Shown here: positions 39,801 through 53,950 of the stretch, one piece after another
Numbering within the stretch: position 1 is the first letter of the stretch
Layout: each line of letters starts with the position of its first letter
Origin: Eledone cirrhosa
Taxonomy: Eukaryota
DNA: 64,000 nt
Direction of reading: 5' to 3'
NCBI GenBank assembly: GCA_964016885.1
Contig: OZ024740.1
Coordinates: 2,294,001-2,358,000 of the forward strand
Position numbers and translations under genes: made by a program
Notes under the pieces: generated by a model
Told to the model about the DNA's origin: nothing
What the model saw: only the letters and a program-made list of their open reading frames with translations
The model's database searches: none

Positions 39801-42800
39801 CTCACAATAAAAAGTACCTGGTCCTCACTATAAAGTGGTCATGTAGGTGTCACAATAACAATTATCCAGCCCACATTGTAAAGTGGTCATGTAGGTGTCA
39901 CAATAAAAAGTATCCAGCCCACACTGTAAAATGGTCATGTAGGTGTCACAATAAAAAGTATCCAGTCCACACTGTAAAGTGGTCATGTAGGTGTCACAAT
40001 AAAAAGTACCTGGTCCTCACTATAAAGTGGTCATGTAGGTGTCACAATAAAAGTATCCAGCCCACACTGTAAAGTGGTCATGTAGGTGTCACAATAAAAA
40101 GTATCCAGTCCACACTGTAAAGTGGTCATGTAGGTGTCACAATAAAAAGTACCCAGCCCACACTGTAAAGTGGTCATGTAGGTGTCACAATAAAAAGTAC
40201 CTGGTCCTCACTGTAAAGTGGTCATGTAGGTCTCAAAATAAAAAGTACCTGGTCCTCACTATAAAGTGGTTATGTAGGTGTCACAATAAAAAGTACCTGG
40301 TCCTCACTGTAAAGTGGTCATGTAGGTGTCAAAATAAAAAGTACCTGTTCCTCACTATAAAGTGGTCATGTAGGTGTCACAACAAAAAGTATCCAGCCCA
40401 CACTATAAAGTGGTCATGTAGGTGTCACAATAAAAAGTACCCAGTCCACACTGTAAAGTGGTCATGTAGGTGTCACGATAAAAAGTATCCAGTCCACACT
40501 GTAAAGTGGTCATGTAGGTGTCACAATAAAAAGTACCTGGTCCACACTGTAACGTGGTCATGTAGGTGTCACAATAACAAGTATCCAGCCCACACTGTAA
40601 AGTGGTCATGTAGGTGTCACTATAACAAGTACCCACTCCACACTCTAAAGTGGTCATGTAGGTGTCACAATAAAAAGTACCTGGTCCTCACTATAAAGTG
40701 GTCATGTAGGTGTCACAATAAAAAGTACCCAGTCCACACTGTAAAGTGGTCATGTAGGTGTCACAATAACAAGTATCCAGTCCACACTGTAAAGTGGTCA
40801 TGTAGGTGTCACATAAAAAGTATCCAGTCCCCACTATAAAGTGGTCATGTAGGTGTCACAATATAAAGTACCCAGTCCACACTATAAAGTGGTCATGTAG
40901 GTGTCACAATAACAAGTACCCAGTCCACACTGTAAAGTGGTCATGTAGGTGTCACAATAACAAGTAAACAGTCCACACTATAAAGTGGTCATGTAGGTGT
41001 CACAATAACAAGTACCCAGCCCACACTATTAAGTGGTCATGTAGGTGTCACAATAAAATGTACCCCTGTCCACACTGTAAAGTGGTCATGTAGGTGTCAC
41101 GATAAAAAGTACCCAAGCCACACTATAAAGTGGTCATGTAGGTGTCACAATAAAAAGTATCCAGCCCACACTGTAAAGTGGTCATGAAGGTGTCACAATA
41201 AAAAGTATCCAGCCCACACTATAAAGTGGTCATGTAGGTGTCACAATAGAAAGTACCCAGCCCACACTATAAAGTGGTCATGTATGTGTCACAATAAAAA
41301 TATCCAGCCCACACTATAAAGTGGTCATGTAGGTGTCACAATAACAAGTATCCAGCCCACACTGTAAAGTGGTCATGTAGGTGTCACAATAACAAGTACC
41401 CAGTCCACACTATAATGTGGTCATGTAGGTGTCACAATAAAAAGTATCCAGTCCACACTGTAAAGTGGTCATGTAGGTGTCACAATAAAAAGTATCCATC
41501 CCACACTATAAAGTGGTCATGTAGGTGTCACAATAAAAAGTACCCAAACCACACTGTAAAGTGGTCATGTAGGTGTCACAATAAAAAGTATCCAGTCCAC
41601 ACTGTAAAGTGGTCATGTAGGTCTCACAATAAAAAGTACCTGGTCCTCACTATAAAGTGGTCATGTAGGTGTCACAATAACAATTATCCAGCCCACATTG
41701 TAAAGTGGTCATGTAGGTGTCACAATAAAAAGTATCCAGCCCACACTGTAAAATGGTCATGTAGGTGTCACAATAAAAAGTATCCAGTCCACACTGTAAA
41801 GTGGTCATGTAGGTGTCACAATAAAAAGTACCTGGTCCTCACTATAAAGTGGTCATGTAGGTGTCACAATAAAAGTATCCAGCCCACACTGTAAAGTGGT
41901 CATGTAGGTGTCACAATAAAAAGTATCCAGTCCACACTGTAAAGTGGTCATGTAGGTGTCACAATAAAAAGTACCCAGCCCACACTGTAAAGTGGTCATG
42001 TAGGTGTCACAATAAAAAGTACCTGGTCCTCACTGTAAAGTGGTCATGTAGGTCTCAAAATAAAAAGTACCTGGTCCTCACTATAAAGTGGTTATGTAGG
42101 TGTCACAATAAAAAGTACCTGGTCCTCACTGTAAAGTGGTCATGTAGGTGTCAAAATAAAAAGTACCTGTTCCTCACTATAAAGTGGTCATGTAGGTGTC
42201 ACAACAAAAAGTATCCAGCCCACACTATAAAGTGGTCATGTAGGTGTCACAATAAAAAGTACCCAGTCCACACTGTAAAGTGGTCATGTAGGTGTCACGA
42301 TAAAAAGTATCCAGTCCACACTGTAAAGTGGTCATGTAGGTGTCACAATAAAAAGTACCTGGTCCACACTGTAACGTGGTCATGTAGGTGTCACAATAAC
42401 AAGTATCCAGCCCACACTGTAAAGTGGTCATGTAGGTGTCACTATAACAAGTACCCACTCCACACTCTAAAGTGGTCATGTAGGTGTCACAATAAAAAGT
42501 ACCTGGTCCTCACTATAAAGTGGTCATGTAGATGTCACAATAAAAAGTACTTGGTCCTCACTATAAATTGGTCATGTAGGTGTCACAATAACAAGTATCC
42601 AGTCCACACTGTAAAGTGGTCATGTAGGTGTCACAATAAAAAGTATCCAGTCCACACTGTAAAATGGTCATGTAGGTGTCACAATAAAAAGTATCCAGTC
42701 CACACTGTAAAGTGATCATGTAGGTGTCACAATAACAAGTATCCAGCCCACACTGTAAAGTGGTCATGTAGGTGTCACAATAAAAAGTACCTGGTCCTCA

Positions 42801-45800
42801 CTATAAAGTGGTCATGTAGGTGTCACAATAAAAAGTACCTGGTCCTCACTATAAAGTGGTCATGTAGGTGTCAAAATAAAAAGTATCCAGCCCACACTAT
42901 AAAGTCGTCATGTAGGTGTCACAATAAAAAGTACCCAGTCCACACTGTAAAGTGGTCATGTAGGTGTCACAATAAAAAGTATCCAGTCCACACTGTAAAG
43001 TGGTCATGTAGGTGTCACAATAAAAAGTACCCAGCCCACACTGTAAAGTGGTCATGTAGGTGTCACAATAAAAAGTACCTGGTCCTCACTATAAAGTGGT
43101 TATGTAGGTGTCACAATAAAAAGTACCTGGTCCTCACTATAAAGTGGTTATGTAGGTGTCACAATAAAAAGTACCTGGTCCTCACTATAAAGTGGTCATG
43201 TAGGTGTCACAATAAAAAGTATCCAGTCCACACCGTAAAGTGGCCATGTAGGTGTCACAATAAAAAGTACCGGGTCCTCACTATAAAGTGGTCATGTAGG
43301 TGTCACAATAAAAAGTTCCTGGTCCTCACTATAAAGTGGTCATGTATGTGTCACAATAAAAAGTACCTGGTCCTCACTGTAAAGTGGTCATGTAGGTGTC
43401 ACAATAACAAGTATCCAGCCTACACTGTAAAGTGGTCATGTAGGTGTCACAATAAAAAGTATCCAGTCCACACTGTAAAATGGTCATGTAGGTGTCACAA
43501 TAAAAAGTATCCAGTCCACACTGTAAAGTGGTCATATAGGTGTCACAATAAAAAGTACCCAGTCCACACTGTAAAGTGGTCATGTAGGTGTCACAATAAA
43601 AAGTATCCAGTCCACAGTGTAAAGTGGTCATGTAGGTGTCACAATAAAAAGTACCCAGTCCACACTGTAAAGTGGTAATGTAGGTGTCACAATAAAAAGT
43701 ACCCAGTCCTCACTATAAAGTGGTCATGAAGGTGTCCAATAAAAAGTACCAAGTCCACACTATAAAGTGGTCATGTAGGTGTCACAATAAAAAGTATCCA
43801 GTCCACACTGTAAAGTGATCATGTAGGTGTCACAATAACAAGTATCCAGCCCACACTGTAAAGTGGTCATGTAGGTGTCACAATAAAAAGTACCTGGTCC
43901 TCACTATAAAGTGGTCATGTAGGTGTCACAATAAAAAGTACCTGGTCCTCACTATAAAGTGGTCATGTAGGTGTCAAAATAAAAAGTATCCAGCCCACAC
44001 TATAAAGTCGTCATGTAGGTGTCACAATAAAAAGTACCCAGTCCACACTGTAAAGTGGTCATGTAGGTGTCACAATAAAAAGTATCCAGTCCACACTATA
44101 AAGTGGTCATGAAGGTGTCACAATAAAAAGTATCCAGTCCACACTGTAAATTGGTCATGTAGGTGTCACAATAAAAAGTACCTGGTCCTCACTATAAAGT
44201 GGTCATGTAGGTGTCACAATAAAAAGTACCCAGTCCACACTGTAAAGTGGTCATGTAGGTGTCACAATAACAAGTATCCAGTCCACACTGTAAAGTGGTC
44301 ATATAGGTGTCACAATAAGAAGTATCCAGTCCACACTATAAACTGGTGATGTAGGTGTCACAATAACAAGTACCCAGCCCACACTATAAAGTGGTCATGT
44401 AGGTGTCACAATAACAAGTACCCAGTCCACACTGTAAAGTGGTCATGTCGGTGTCACAAAAAAAATTTCCCAAGCCACACTATAAAGTGGTCATGTAGGT
44501 GTCACAATAAAAAGTATCCAGCCCACACTGTAAAGTGGTCATGAAGGTGTCACAATAAAAAGTATCCAGCCCACACTATAAAGTGGTCATGTAGGTGTCA
44601 CAATAAAAAGTATCCAGCCCACACTATAAAGTGGTCATGTAGGTGTCACAATAGAAAGTATCCAGCCCACACTATAAAGTGGTCATGTAGGTGTCACAAT
44701 AAAATGTATCCAGCCCACACTATAAAGTGGTCATGTAGGTGTCACAATAGCAAGTACCCAGTCCACACTATAAAGTGGTCATGTAGGTGTCACAATAAAA
44801 AGTACCCAGTCCTCACTATAAAGTGGTCATGAAGGTGTCCAATAAAAAGTACCAAGTCCACACTATAAAGTGGTCATGTAGGTGTCACAATAAAAAGTAT
44901 CCAGTCCACACTATAAAGTGGTCATGAAGGTGTCACAATAAAAAGTAACCAGTCCACACTGTAAATTGGTCATGTAGGTGTCACAATACAAAGTACCTGG
45001 TCCTCACTATAAAGTGGTCATGTAGGTGTCACAATAAAAAGTACCCAGTCCACACTGTAAAGTGGTCATGTAGGTGTCACAATAACAAGTATCCAGTCCA
45101 CACTGTAAAGTGGTCATGTAGGTGTCACATAAAAAGTATCCAGTCCCCACTATAAAGTGGTCATGTAGGTGTCACAATATGAAGTACCCAGTCCACACTA
45201 TCAAGTGGTCATGTAGGTGTCACAATAACAAGTACCCAGTCCACACTGTAAAGTGGTCATGTAGGTGTCACAATAACAAGTAACCAGTCCACACTATAAA
45301 GTGGTCATGTAGGTGTCACAATAACAAGTACCCAGCCCACACTATTAAGTGGTCATGTAGGTGTCACAATAAAATGTACCCCTGTCCACACTGTAAAGTG
45401 GTCATGTAGGTGTCACGATAAAAAGTACCCAAGCCACACTATAAAGTGGTCATGTAGGTGTCACAATAAAAAGTATCCAGCCCACACTGTAAAGTGGTCA
45501 TGAAGGTGTCACAATAAAAAGTATCCAGCCCACACTATAAAGTGGTCATGTAGGTGTCACAATAGAAAGTACCCAGCCCACACTATAAAGTGGTCATGTA
45601 TGTGTCACAATAAAAAGTATCCAGCCCACACTATAAAGTGGTCATGTAGGTGTCACAATAACAAGTATCCAGCCCACACTGTAAAGTGGTCATGTAGGTG
45701 TCACAATAACAAGTACCCAGTCCACACTATAATGTGGTCATGTAGGTGTCACAATAAAAAGTATCCAGTCCACACTGTAAAGTGGTCATGTAGGTGTCAC

Positions 45801-48800
45801 AATAAAAAGTATCCATCCCACACTATAAAGTGGTCATGTAGGTGTCACAATAAAAAGTACCCAAACCACACTGTAAAGTGGTCATGTAGGTGTCACAATA
45901 AAAAGTATCCAGTCCACACTGTAAAGTGGTCATGTAGGTCTCACAATAAAAAGTACCTGGTCCTCACTATAAAGTGGTCATGTAGGTGTCACAATAACAA
46001 TTATCCAGCCCACATTGTAAAGTGGTCATGTAGGTGTCACAATAAAAAGTACCTGGTCCTCACTATAAAGTGGTCATGTAGGTGTCACAATAAAAGTATC
46101 CAGCTCACACTGTAAAGTGGTCATGTAGGTGTCACAATAAAAAGTATCCAGTCCACACTGTAAAGTGGTCATGTAGGTGTCACAATAAAAAGTACCCAGC
46201 CCACACTGTAAAGTGGTCATGTAGGTGTCACAATAAAAAGTACCTGGTCCTCACTGTAAAGTGGTCATGTAGGTCTCAAAATAAAAAGTACCTGGTCCTC
46301 ACTATAAAGTGGTTATGTAGGTGTCACAATAAAAAGTACCTGGTCCTCACTGTAAAGTGGTCATGTAGGTGTCAAAATAAAAAGTACCTGTTCCTCACTA
46401 TAAAGTGGTCATGTAGGTGTCACAACAAAAAGTATCCAGCCCACACTATAAAGTGGTCATGTAGGTGTCACAATAAAAAGTACCCAGTCCACACTGTAAA
46501 GTGGTCATGTAGGTGTCACGATAAAAAGTATCCAATCCACACTGTAAAGTGGTCATGTAGGTGTCACAATAAAAAGTACCTGGTCCACACTGTAACGTGG
46601 TCATGTAGGTGTCACAATAACAAGTATCCAGCCCACACTGTAAAGTGGTCATGTAGGTGTCACTATAACAAGTACCCACTCCACACTCTAAAGTGGTCAT
46701 GTAGGTGTCACAATAAAAAGTACCTGGTCCTCACTATAAAGTGGTCATGTAGATGTCACAATAAAAAGTACTTGGTCCTCACTATAAATTGGTCATGTAG
46801 GTGTCACAATAACAAGTATCCAGTCCACACTGTAAAGTGGTCATGTAGGTGTCACAATAAAAAGTATCCAGTCCACACTGTAAAATGGTCATGTAGGTGT
46901 CACAATAAAAAGTATCCAGTCCACACTGTAAAGTGATCATGTAGGTGTCACAATAACAAGTATCCAGACCACACTGTAAAGTGGTCATGTAGGTGTCACA
47001 ATAAAAAGAACCTGGTCCTCACTATAAAGTGGTCATGTAGGTGTCACAATAAAAAGTACCTGGTCCTCACTATAAAGTGGTCATGTAGGTGTCAAAATAA
47101 AAAGTATCCAGCCCACACTATAAAGTCGTCATGTAGGTGTCACAATAAAAAGTACCCAGTCCACACTGTAAAGTGGTCATGTAGGTGTCACAATAAAAAG
47201 TATCCAGTCCACACTGTAAAGTGGTCATGTAGGTGTCACAATAAAAAGTACCCAGCCCACACTGTAAAGTGGTCATGTAGGTGTCACAATAAAAAGTACC
47301 TGGTCCTCACTATAAAGTGGTTATGTAGGTGTCACAATAAAAAGTACCTGGTCCTCACTATAAAGTGGTTATGTAGGTGTCACAATAAAAAGTACCTGGT
47401 CCTCACTATAAAGTGGTCATGTAGGTGTCACAATAAAAAGTATCCAGTCCACACCGTAAAGTGGCCATGTAGGTGTCACAATAAAAAGTACCGGGTCCTC
47501 ACTATAAAGTGGTCATGTAGGTGTCACAATAAAAAGTTCCTGGTCCTCACTATAAAGTGGTCATGTATGTGTCACAATAAAAAGTACCTGGTCCTCACTG
47601 TAAAGTGGTCATGTAGGTGTCACAATAACAAGTATCCAGCCTACACTGTAAAGTGGTCATGTAGGTGTCACAATAAAAAGTATCCAGTCCACACTGTAAA
47701 ATGGTCATGTAGGTGTCACAATAAAAAGTATCCAGTCCACACTGTAAAGTGGTCATATAGGTGTCACAATAAAAAGTACCCAGTCCACACTGTAAAGTGG
47801 TCATGTAGGTGTCACAATAAAAAGTATCCAGTCCACAGTGTAAAGTGGTCATGTAGGTGTCACAATAAAAAGTATCCAGTCCACACTGTAAAGTGGTCAT
47901 GTAGGTGTCACAATAAAAAGTACCCAGTCCACACTGTAAAGTGGTAATGTAGGTGTCACAATAAAAAGTACCCAGTCCTCACTATAAAGTGGTCATGAAG
48001 GTGTCCAATAAAAAGTACCAAGTCCACACTATAAAGTGGTCATGTAGGTGTCACAATAAAAAGTATCCAGTCCACACTATAAAGTGGTCATGAAGGTGTC
48101 ACAATAAAAAGTATCCAGTCCACACTGTAAATTGGTCATGTAGGTGTCACAATAAAAAGTACCTGGTCCTCACTATAAAGTGGTCATGTAGGTGTCACAA
48201 TAAAAAGTACCCAGTCCACACTGTAAAGTGGTCATGTAGGTGTCACAATAACAAGTATCCAGTCCACACTGTAAAGTGGTCATATAGGTGTCACAATAAG
48301 AAGTATCCAGTCCACACTATAAACTGGTGATGTAGGTGTCACAATAACAAGTACCCAGCCCACACTATAAAGTGGTCATGTAGGTGTCACAATAACAAGT
48401 ACCCAGTCCACACTGTAAAGTGGTCATGTCGGTGTCACAAAAAAAATTTCCCAAGCCACACTATAAAGTGGTCATGTAGGTGTCACAATAAAAAGTATCC
48501 AGCCCACACTGTAAAGTGGTCATGAAGGTGTCACAATAAAAAGTATCCAGCCCACACTATAAAGTGGTCATGTAGGTGTCACAATAAAAAGTATCCAGAC
48601 CACACTATAAAGTGGTCATGTAGGTGTCACAATAGAAAGTATCCAGCCCACACTATAAAGTGGTCATGTAGGTGTCACAATAAAATGTATCCAGCCCACA
48701 CTATAAAGTGGTCATGTAGGTGTCACAATAACAAGTACCCAGTCCACACTATAAAGTGGTCATGTAGGTGTCACAATAAAAAGTATGCAGTCCACACTGT

Positions 48801-51800
48801 AAAGTGGTCATGTAGGTGTCACAATAAAAAGTATCCAGCCCACACTATAAAGTGGTCATGTAGGTGTCACAATAACAAGTACTCACTCCACACTGTAAAG
48901 TGGTCATGTCGGTGTCACAATAAAAAGTTCCCAAGCCACACTATAAAGTGGTCATGTAGGTGTCACAATAAAAAGTACCCAATCCACACTGTAAAGTGGT
49001 CATGTAGGTGTCACAATAAAAAGTATCCAGTCCACACTGTAAAGTGGTCATGTAGGTGTCACAATAACAAGTACCCAGCCCACACTGTAAAGTTGTCATG
49101 TAGGTGTCACAATAACAAGTATCCAACCCACACTGTAAAGTGGTCATGTAGGTGTCACAATAAAAAGTATCCAGCCCACACTGTAAAATGGTCATGTAGG
49201 TGTCACAATAAAAAGTATCCAGCCCACACTGTAAAGTGGTCATGTAGGTGTCAAAATAAAAAGTACCTGGTCCTCACTATAAAGTGGTCATGTAGGTGTC
49301 ATAATAAAAAGTATCCAGCCCACACTGTAAAGTGGTCATGTAGGTGTCACAATAAAAAGTATCCAGTCCACACTGTAAAGTGGTCATGTAGGTGTCACAA
49401 TGAAAAGTACCCAGCCCACACTGTAAAGTGGTCATGTAGGTGTCACAATAAAAAGTACCTGGTCCTCACTATAAAGTGTTCATGTAGGTGTCACAATAAA
49501 AAGTACCTGGTCCTCACTGTAAAGTGGTCATGCAGGTGTCAAAATAAAAAGTACCTGGTCCTCACTATAAAGTGGTTATGTAGGTGTCACAATAAAAAGT
49601 ACCTGGTCCTCACTATAAAGTGGTCATGTAGGTGTCACAATAAAAAGTATCCAGCCCACACTATAAAGTGGTCATGTAGGTGTCACAATAGAAAGTACCC
49701 AGCCCACACTATAAAGTGGTCATGTAGGTGTCACAATAAAAAGTATCCAGTCCACACTGTAAAGTGGTCATGTAGGTGTCACAATGAAAAGTACCCAGCC
49801 CACACTGTAAAGTGGTCATATAGGTGTCACAATAAAAAGTACCTGGTCCTCACCATAAAGTGTTCATGTCGGTGTCACAATAAAAAGTTCCCAAGCCACA
49901 CTATAAAGTGGTCATGTAGGTGTCACAATAAAAAGTATCTAGCCCACACTATAAAGTGGTCATGTAGGTGTCACAATAGAAAGTACCCAGCCCACACTAT
50001 AAAGTGGTCATGTAGGTGTCACAATAAAAAGTATCCAGCCCACACTATAAAGTGGTCATGTAGGTGTCACAATAACAAGTACCCAGTCCACACTATAAAG
50101 TGGTCATGTAGGTGTCACAATAAAAAGTATGCAGTCCACACTGTAAAGTGGTCATGTAGGTGTCACAATAACAAGTACCCAGTCCACACTATAAAGTGGT
50201 CATGTAGGTGTCACAATAAAAAGTATGCAGTCCACACTGTAAAGTGGTCATGTAGGTGTCACAATAAAAAGTACCCAGCCCACACTGTAAAGTGGGCATG
50301 TAGGTGTCACAATAAAAAGTACCCAGCCCACACTGTAAAGTGGTCATGTAGGTGTCACAATAACAAGTACCCAGCCCACACTGTAAAGTGGTCATGTAGG
50401 TGTCACAATAGCAAGTACCCAGTCCACACTATAAAGTGGTCATGTAGGTGTCACAATAAAAAGTACCCAGCCCACACTGTAAAGTGGTCATGTAGGTGTC
50501 ACAATAACAAGTACCCAGTCCACACTATAAAGTGGTCATGTAGGTGTCACAATAAAAAGTATGCAGTCCACACTGTAAAGTGGTCATGTAGGTGTCACAA
50601 TAAAAAGTATCCAGCCCACACTATAAAGTGGTCATGTAGGTGTCACAATAAAAAGTACCCAATCCACACTGTAAAGTGGTCATGAAGGTGTCACAATAAA
50701 AAGTATCCAGCCCACACTATAAAGTGGTCATGTAGGTGTCACAATAAAAAGTATCCAGCCCACACTATAAAGTGGTCATGTAGGTGTCACAATAGAAAGT
50801 ATCCAGCCCACACTATAAAGTGGTCATGTAGGTGTCACAATAAAAAGTATCCAGCCCACACTATAAAGTGGTCATGTAGGTGTCACAATAACAAGTATCC
50901 AGCCCACACTGTAAAGTGGTCATGTAGGTGTCACAATAACAAGTACCCAGTCCACACTATAAAGTGGTCATGTAGGTGTCACAATAAAAAGTATGCAGTC
51001 CACACTGTAAAGTGGTCATGTAGGTGTCACAATAAAAAGTATCCAGCCCACACTATAAAGTGGTCATGTAGGTGTCACAATAACAAGTACCCACTCCACA
51101 CTGTAAAGTGGTCATGTCGGTGTCACAATAAAAAGTTCCCAAGCCACACTATAAAGTGGTCATGTAGGTGTCACAATAAAAAGTACCCAATCCACACTGT
51201 AAAGTGGTCATGTAGGTGTCACAATAAAAAGTATCCAGTCCACACTGTAAAGTGGTCATGTAGGTGTCACAATAACAAGTACCCAGCCCACACTGTAAAG
51301 TGGTCATGTAGGTGTCACAATAACAAGTATCCAACCCACACTGTAAAGTGGTCATGTAGGTGTCACAATAAAAAGTATCCAGCCCACACTGTAAAATGGT
51401 CATGTAGGTGTCACAATAAAAAGTATCCAGCCCACACTGTAAAGTGGTCATGTAGGTGTCAAAATAAAATGTACCTGGTCCTCACTATAAAGTGGTCATG
51501 TAGGTGTCATAATAAAAAGTATCCAGCCCACACTGTAAAGTGGTCATGTAGGTGTCACAATAAAAAGTATCCAGTCCACACTGTAAAGTGGTCATGTAGG
51601 TGTCACAATGAAAAGTACCCAGCCCACACTGTAAAGTGGTCATGTAGGTGTCACAATAAAAAGTACCTGGTCCTCACTATAAAGTGTTCATGTAGGTGTC
51701 ACAATAAAAAGTACCTGGTCCTCACTGTAAAGTGGTCATGCAGGTGTCAAAATAAAAAGTACCTGGTCCTCACTATAAAGTGGTTATGTAGGTTGTCACA

Positions 51801-53950
51801 ATAAAAAGTACCTGGTCCTCACTATAAAGTGGTCATGTAGGTGTCACAATAAAAAGTATCCAGCCCACACTATAAAGTGGTCATGTAGGTGTCACAATAG
51901 AAAGTACCCAGCCCACACTATAAAGTGGTCATGTAGGTGTCACAATAAAAAGTATCCAGTCCACACTGTAAAGTGGTCATGTAGGTGTCACAATGAAAAG
52001 TACCCAGCCCACACTGTAAAGTGGTCATGTAGGTGTCACAATAAAAAGTACCTGGTCCTCACCATAAAGTGTTCATGTCGGTGTCACAATAAAAAGTTCC
52101 CAAGCCACACTATAAAGTGGTCATGTAGGTGTCACAATAAAAAGTATCCAGCCCACACTATAAAGTGGTCATGTAGGTGTCACAATAGAAAGTACCCAGC
52201 CCACACTATAAAGTGGTCATGTAGGTGTCACAATAAAAAGTATCCAGCCCACACTATAAAGTGGTCATGTAGGTGTCACAATAACAAGTACCCAGTCCAC
52301 ACTATAAAGTGGTCATGTAGGTGTCACAATAAAAAGTATGCAGTCCACACTGTAAAGTGGTCATGTAGGTGTCACAATAACAAGTACCCAGTCCACACTA
52401 TAAAGTGGTCATGTAGGTGTCACAATAAAAAGTATGCAGTCCACACTGTAAAGTGGTCAAGTAGGTGTCACAATAAAAAGTACCCAGCCCACACTGTAAA
52501 GTGGGCATGTAGGTGTCACAATAAAAAGTACCCAGCCCACACTGTAAAGTGGTCATGTAGGTGTCACAATAACAAGTACCCAGCCCACACTGTAAAGTGG
52601 TCATGTAGGTGTCACAATAGCAAGTAGCCAGTCCACACTATAAAGTGGTCATGTAGGTGTCACAATAAAAAGTACCCAGCCCACACTGTAAAGTGGTCAT
52701 GTAGGTGTCACAATAACAAGTACCCAGTCCACACTATAAAGTGGTCATGTAGGTGTCACAATAAAAAGTATGCAGTCCACACTGTAAAGTGGTCATGTAG
52801 GTGTCACAATAAAAAGTATCCAATCCACACTGTAAAGTGGTCATGTAGGTGTCACAATAAAAAGTACCCAATCCACACTGTAAAGTGGTCATGTAGGTGT
52901 CACAATAAAAAGTACCCAATCCACACTGTAAAGTGGTCATGTAGGTGTCACAATAAAAAGTATCCAGCCCACACTGTAAAATGGTCATGTAGGTGTCACA
53001 ATAAAAAGTATCCAGCCCACACTGTAAAGTGGTCATGTAGGTGTCAAAATAAAAAGTACCTGGTCCTCACTATAAAGTGGTCATGTAGGTGTCATAATAA
53101 AAAGTATCCAGCCCACACTGTAAAGTGGTCATGTAGGTGTCACAATAAAAAGTATCCAGTCCACACTGTAAAGTGGTTATGTAGGTGTCACAATGAAAAG
53201 TACCCAGCCCACACTGTAAAGTGGTCATGTAGTGTCACAATAAAAAGTACCTGGTCCTCACTATAAAGTGTTCATGTAGGTGTCACAATAAAAAGTACCT
53301 GGTCCTCACTGTAAAGTGGTCATGTAGGTGTCAAAATAAAAAGTACCTGGTCCTCACTATAACGTGGTTATGTAGGTGTCACAATAAAAAGTACCTGGTC
53401 CTCACTATAAAGTGGTCATGTAGGTGTCACAATAAAAAGTATCCAGCCCACACTATAAAGTGGTCATGTAGGTGTCACAATAAAAAGTACCCAGTCCACA
53501 CTGTAAAGTGGTCATGTAGGTGTCACGATAAAAAGTATCCAGTCCACACTGTAAAGTGGTCATGAAAGGTGTCACAATAACAAGTACCTGGTCCACACTG
53601 TAACGTGGTCATGTAGGTGTCACAATAACAAGTATCCAGCCCACACTGTAAAGTGGTCATGTAGGTGTCACAATAACAAGTACCCAGTCCACACTCTAAA
53701 GTGGTCATGTAGGTGTCACAATAAAAAGTACGTGGTCCTCACTATAAAGTGGTTATGTAGGTGTCACAATAAAAAGTATCCAGCCCACACTATAAAGTGG
53801 TCATGCAGGTGTCACAATAAAAAGTACCCAGTCCACACTGTAAAGTGGTCATGTAGGTGTCACAATAAAAAGTAGCTGGTCCTCACTATAAAATGGTCAT
53901 GTAGGTGTCACAATAAAAAGTACCTGGTCCTCACTATAAAGTGGTCATGT
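27860..53950. repeat. Long-range duplication: ~27.9-36.0 kb recurs at ~45.9-53.9 kb (offset ~17.9 kb; boundaries approximate)
   Basis: ORF pairs 28549/46446, 28885/46782, 29698/47595, 31045/48941, 32294/50189 and 33254/51149 are offset by 17895-17897. The 1-bp insertion AGGTTGTCAC occurs at 33895 and 51790. Confidence 0.85.
38852..42531. repeat. Tandem duplication of a 38-monomer (1822-bp) block
   Basis: ORF pairs 39593/41415 and 40403/42225 are offset by 1822. Shared rare variants are GTCACATAAAA, CAGTCCCCAC, AATATAAAG, CCCAAACCAC and AGGTCTCA. Confidence 0.9.
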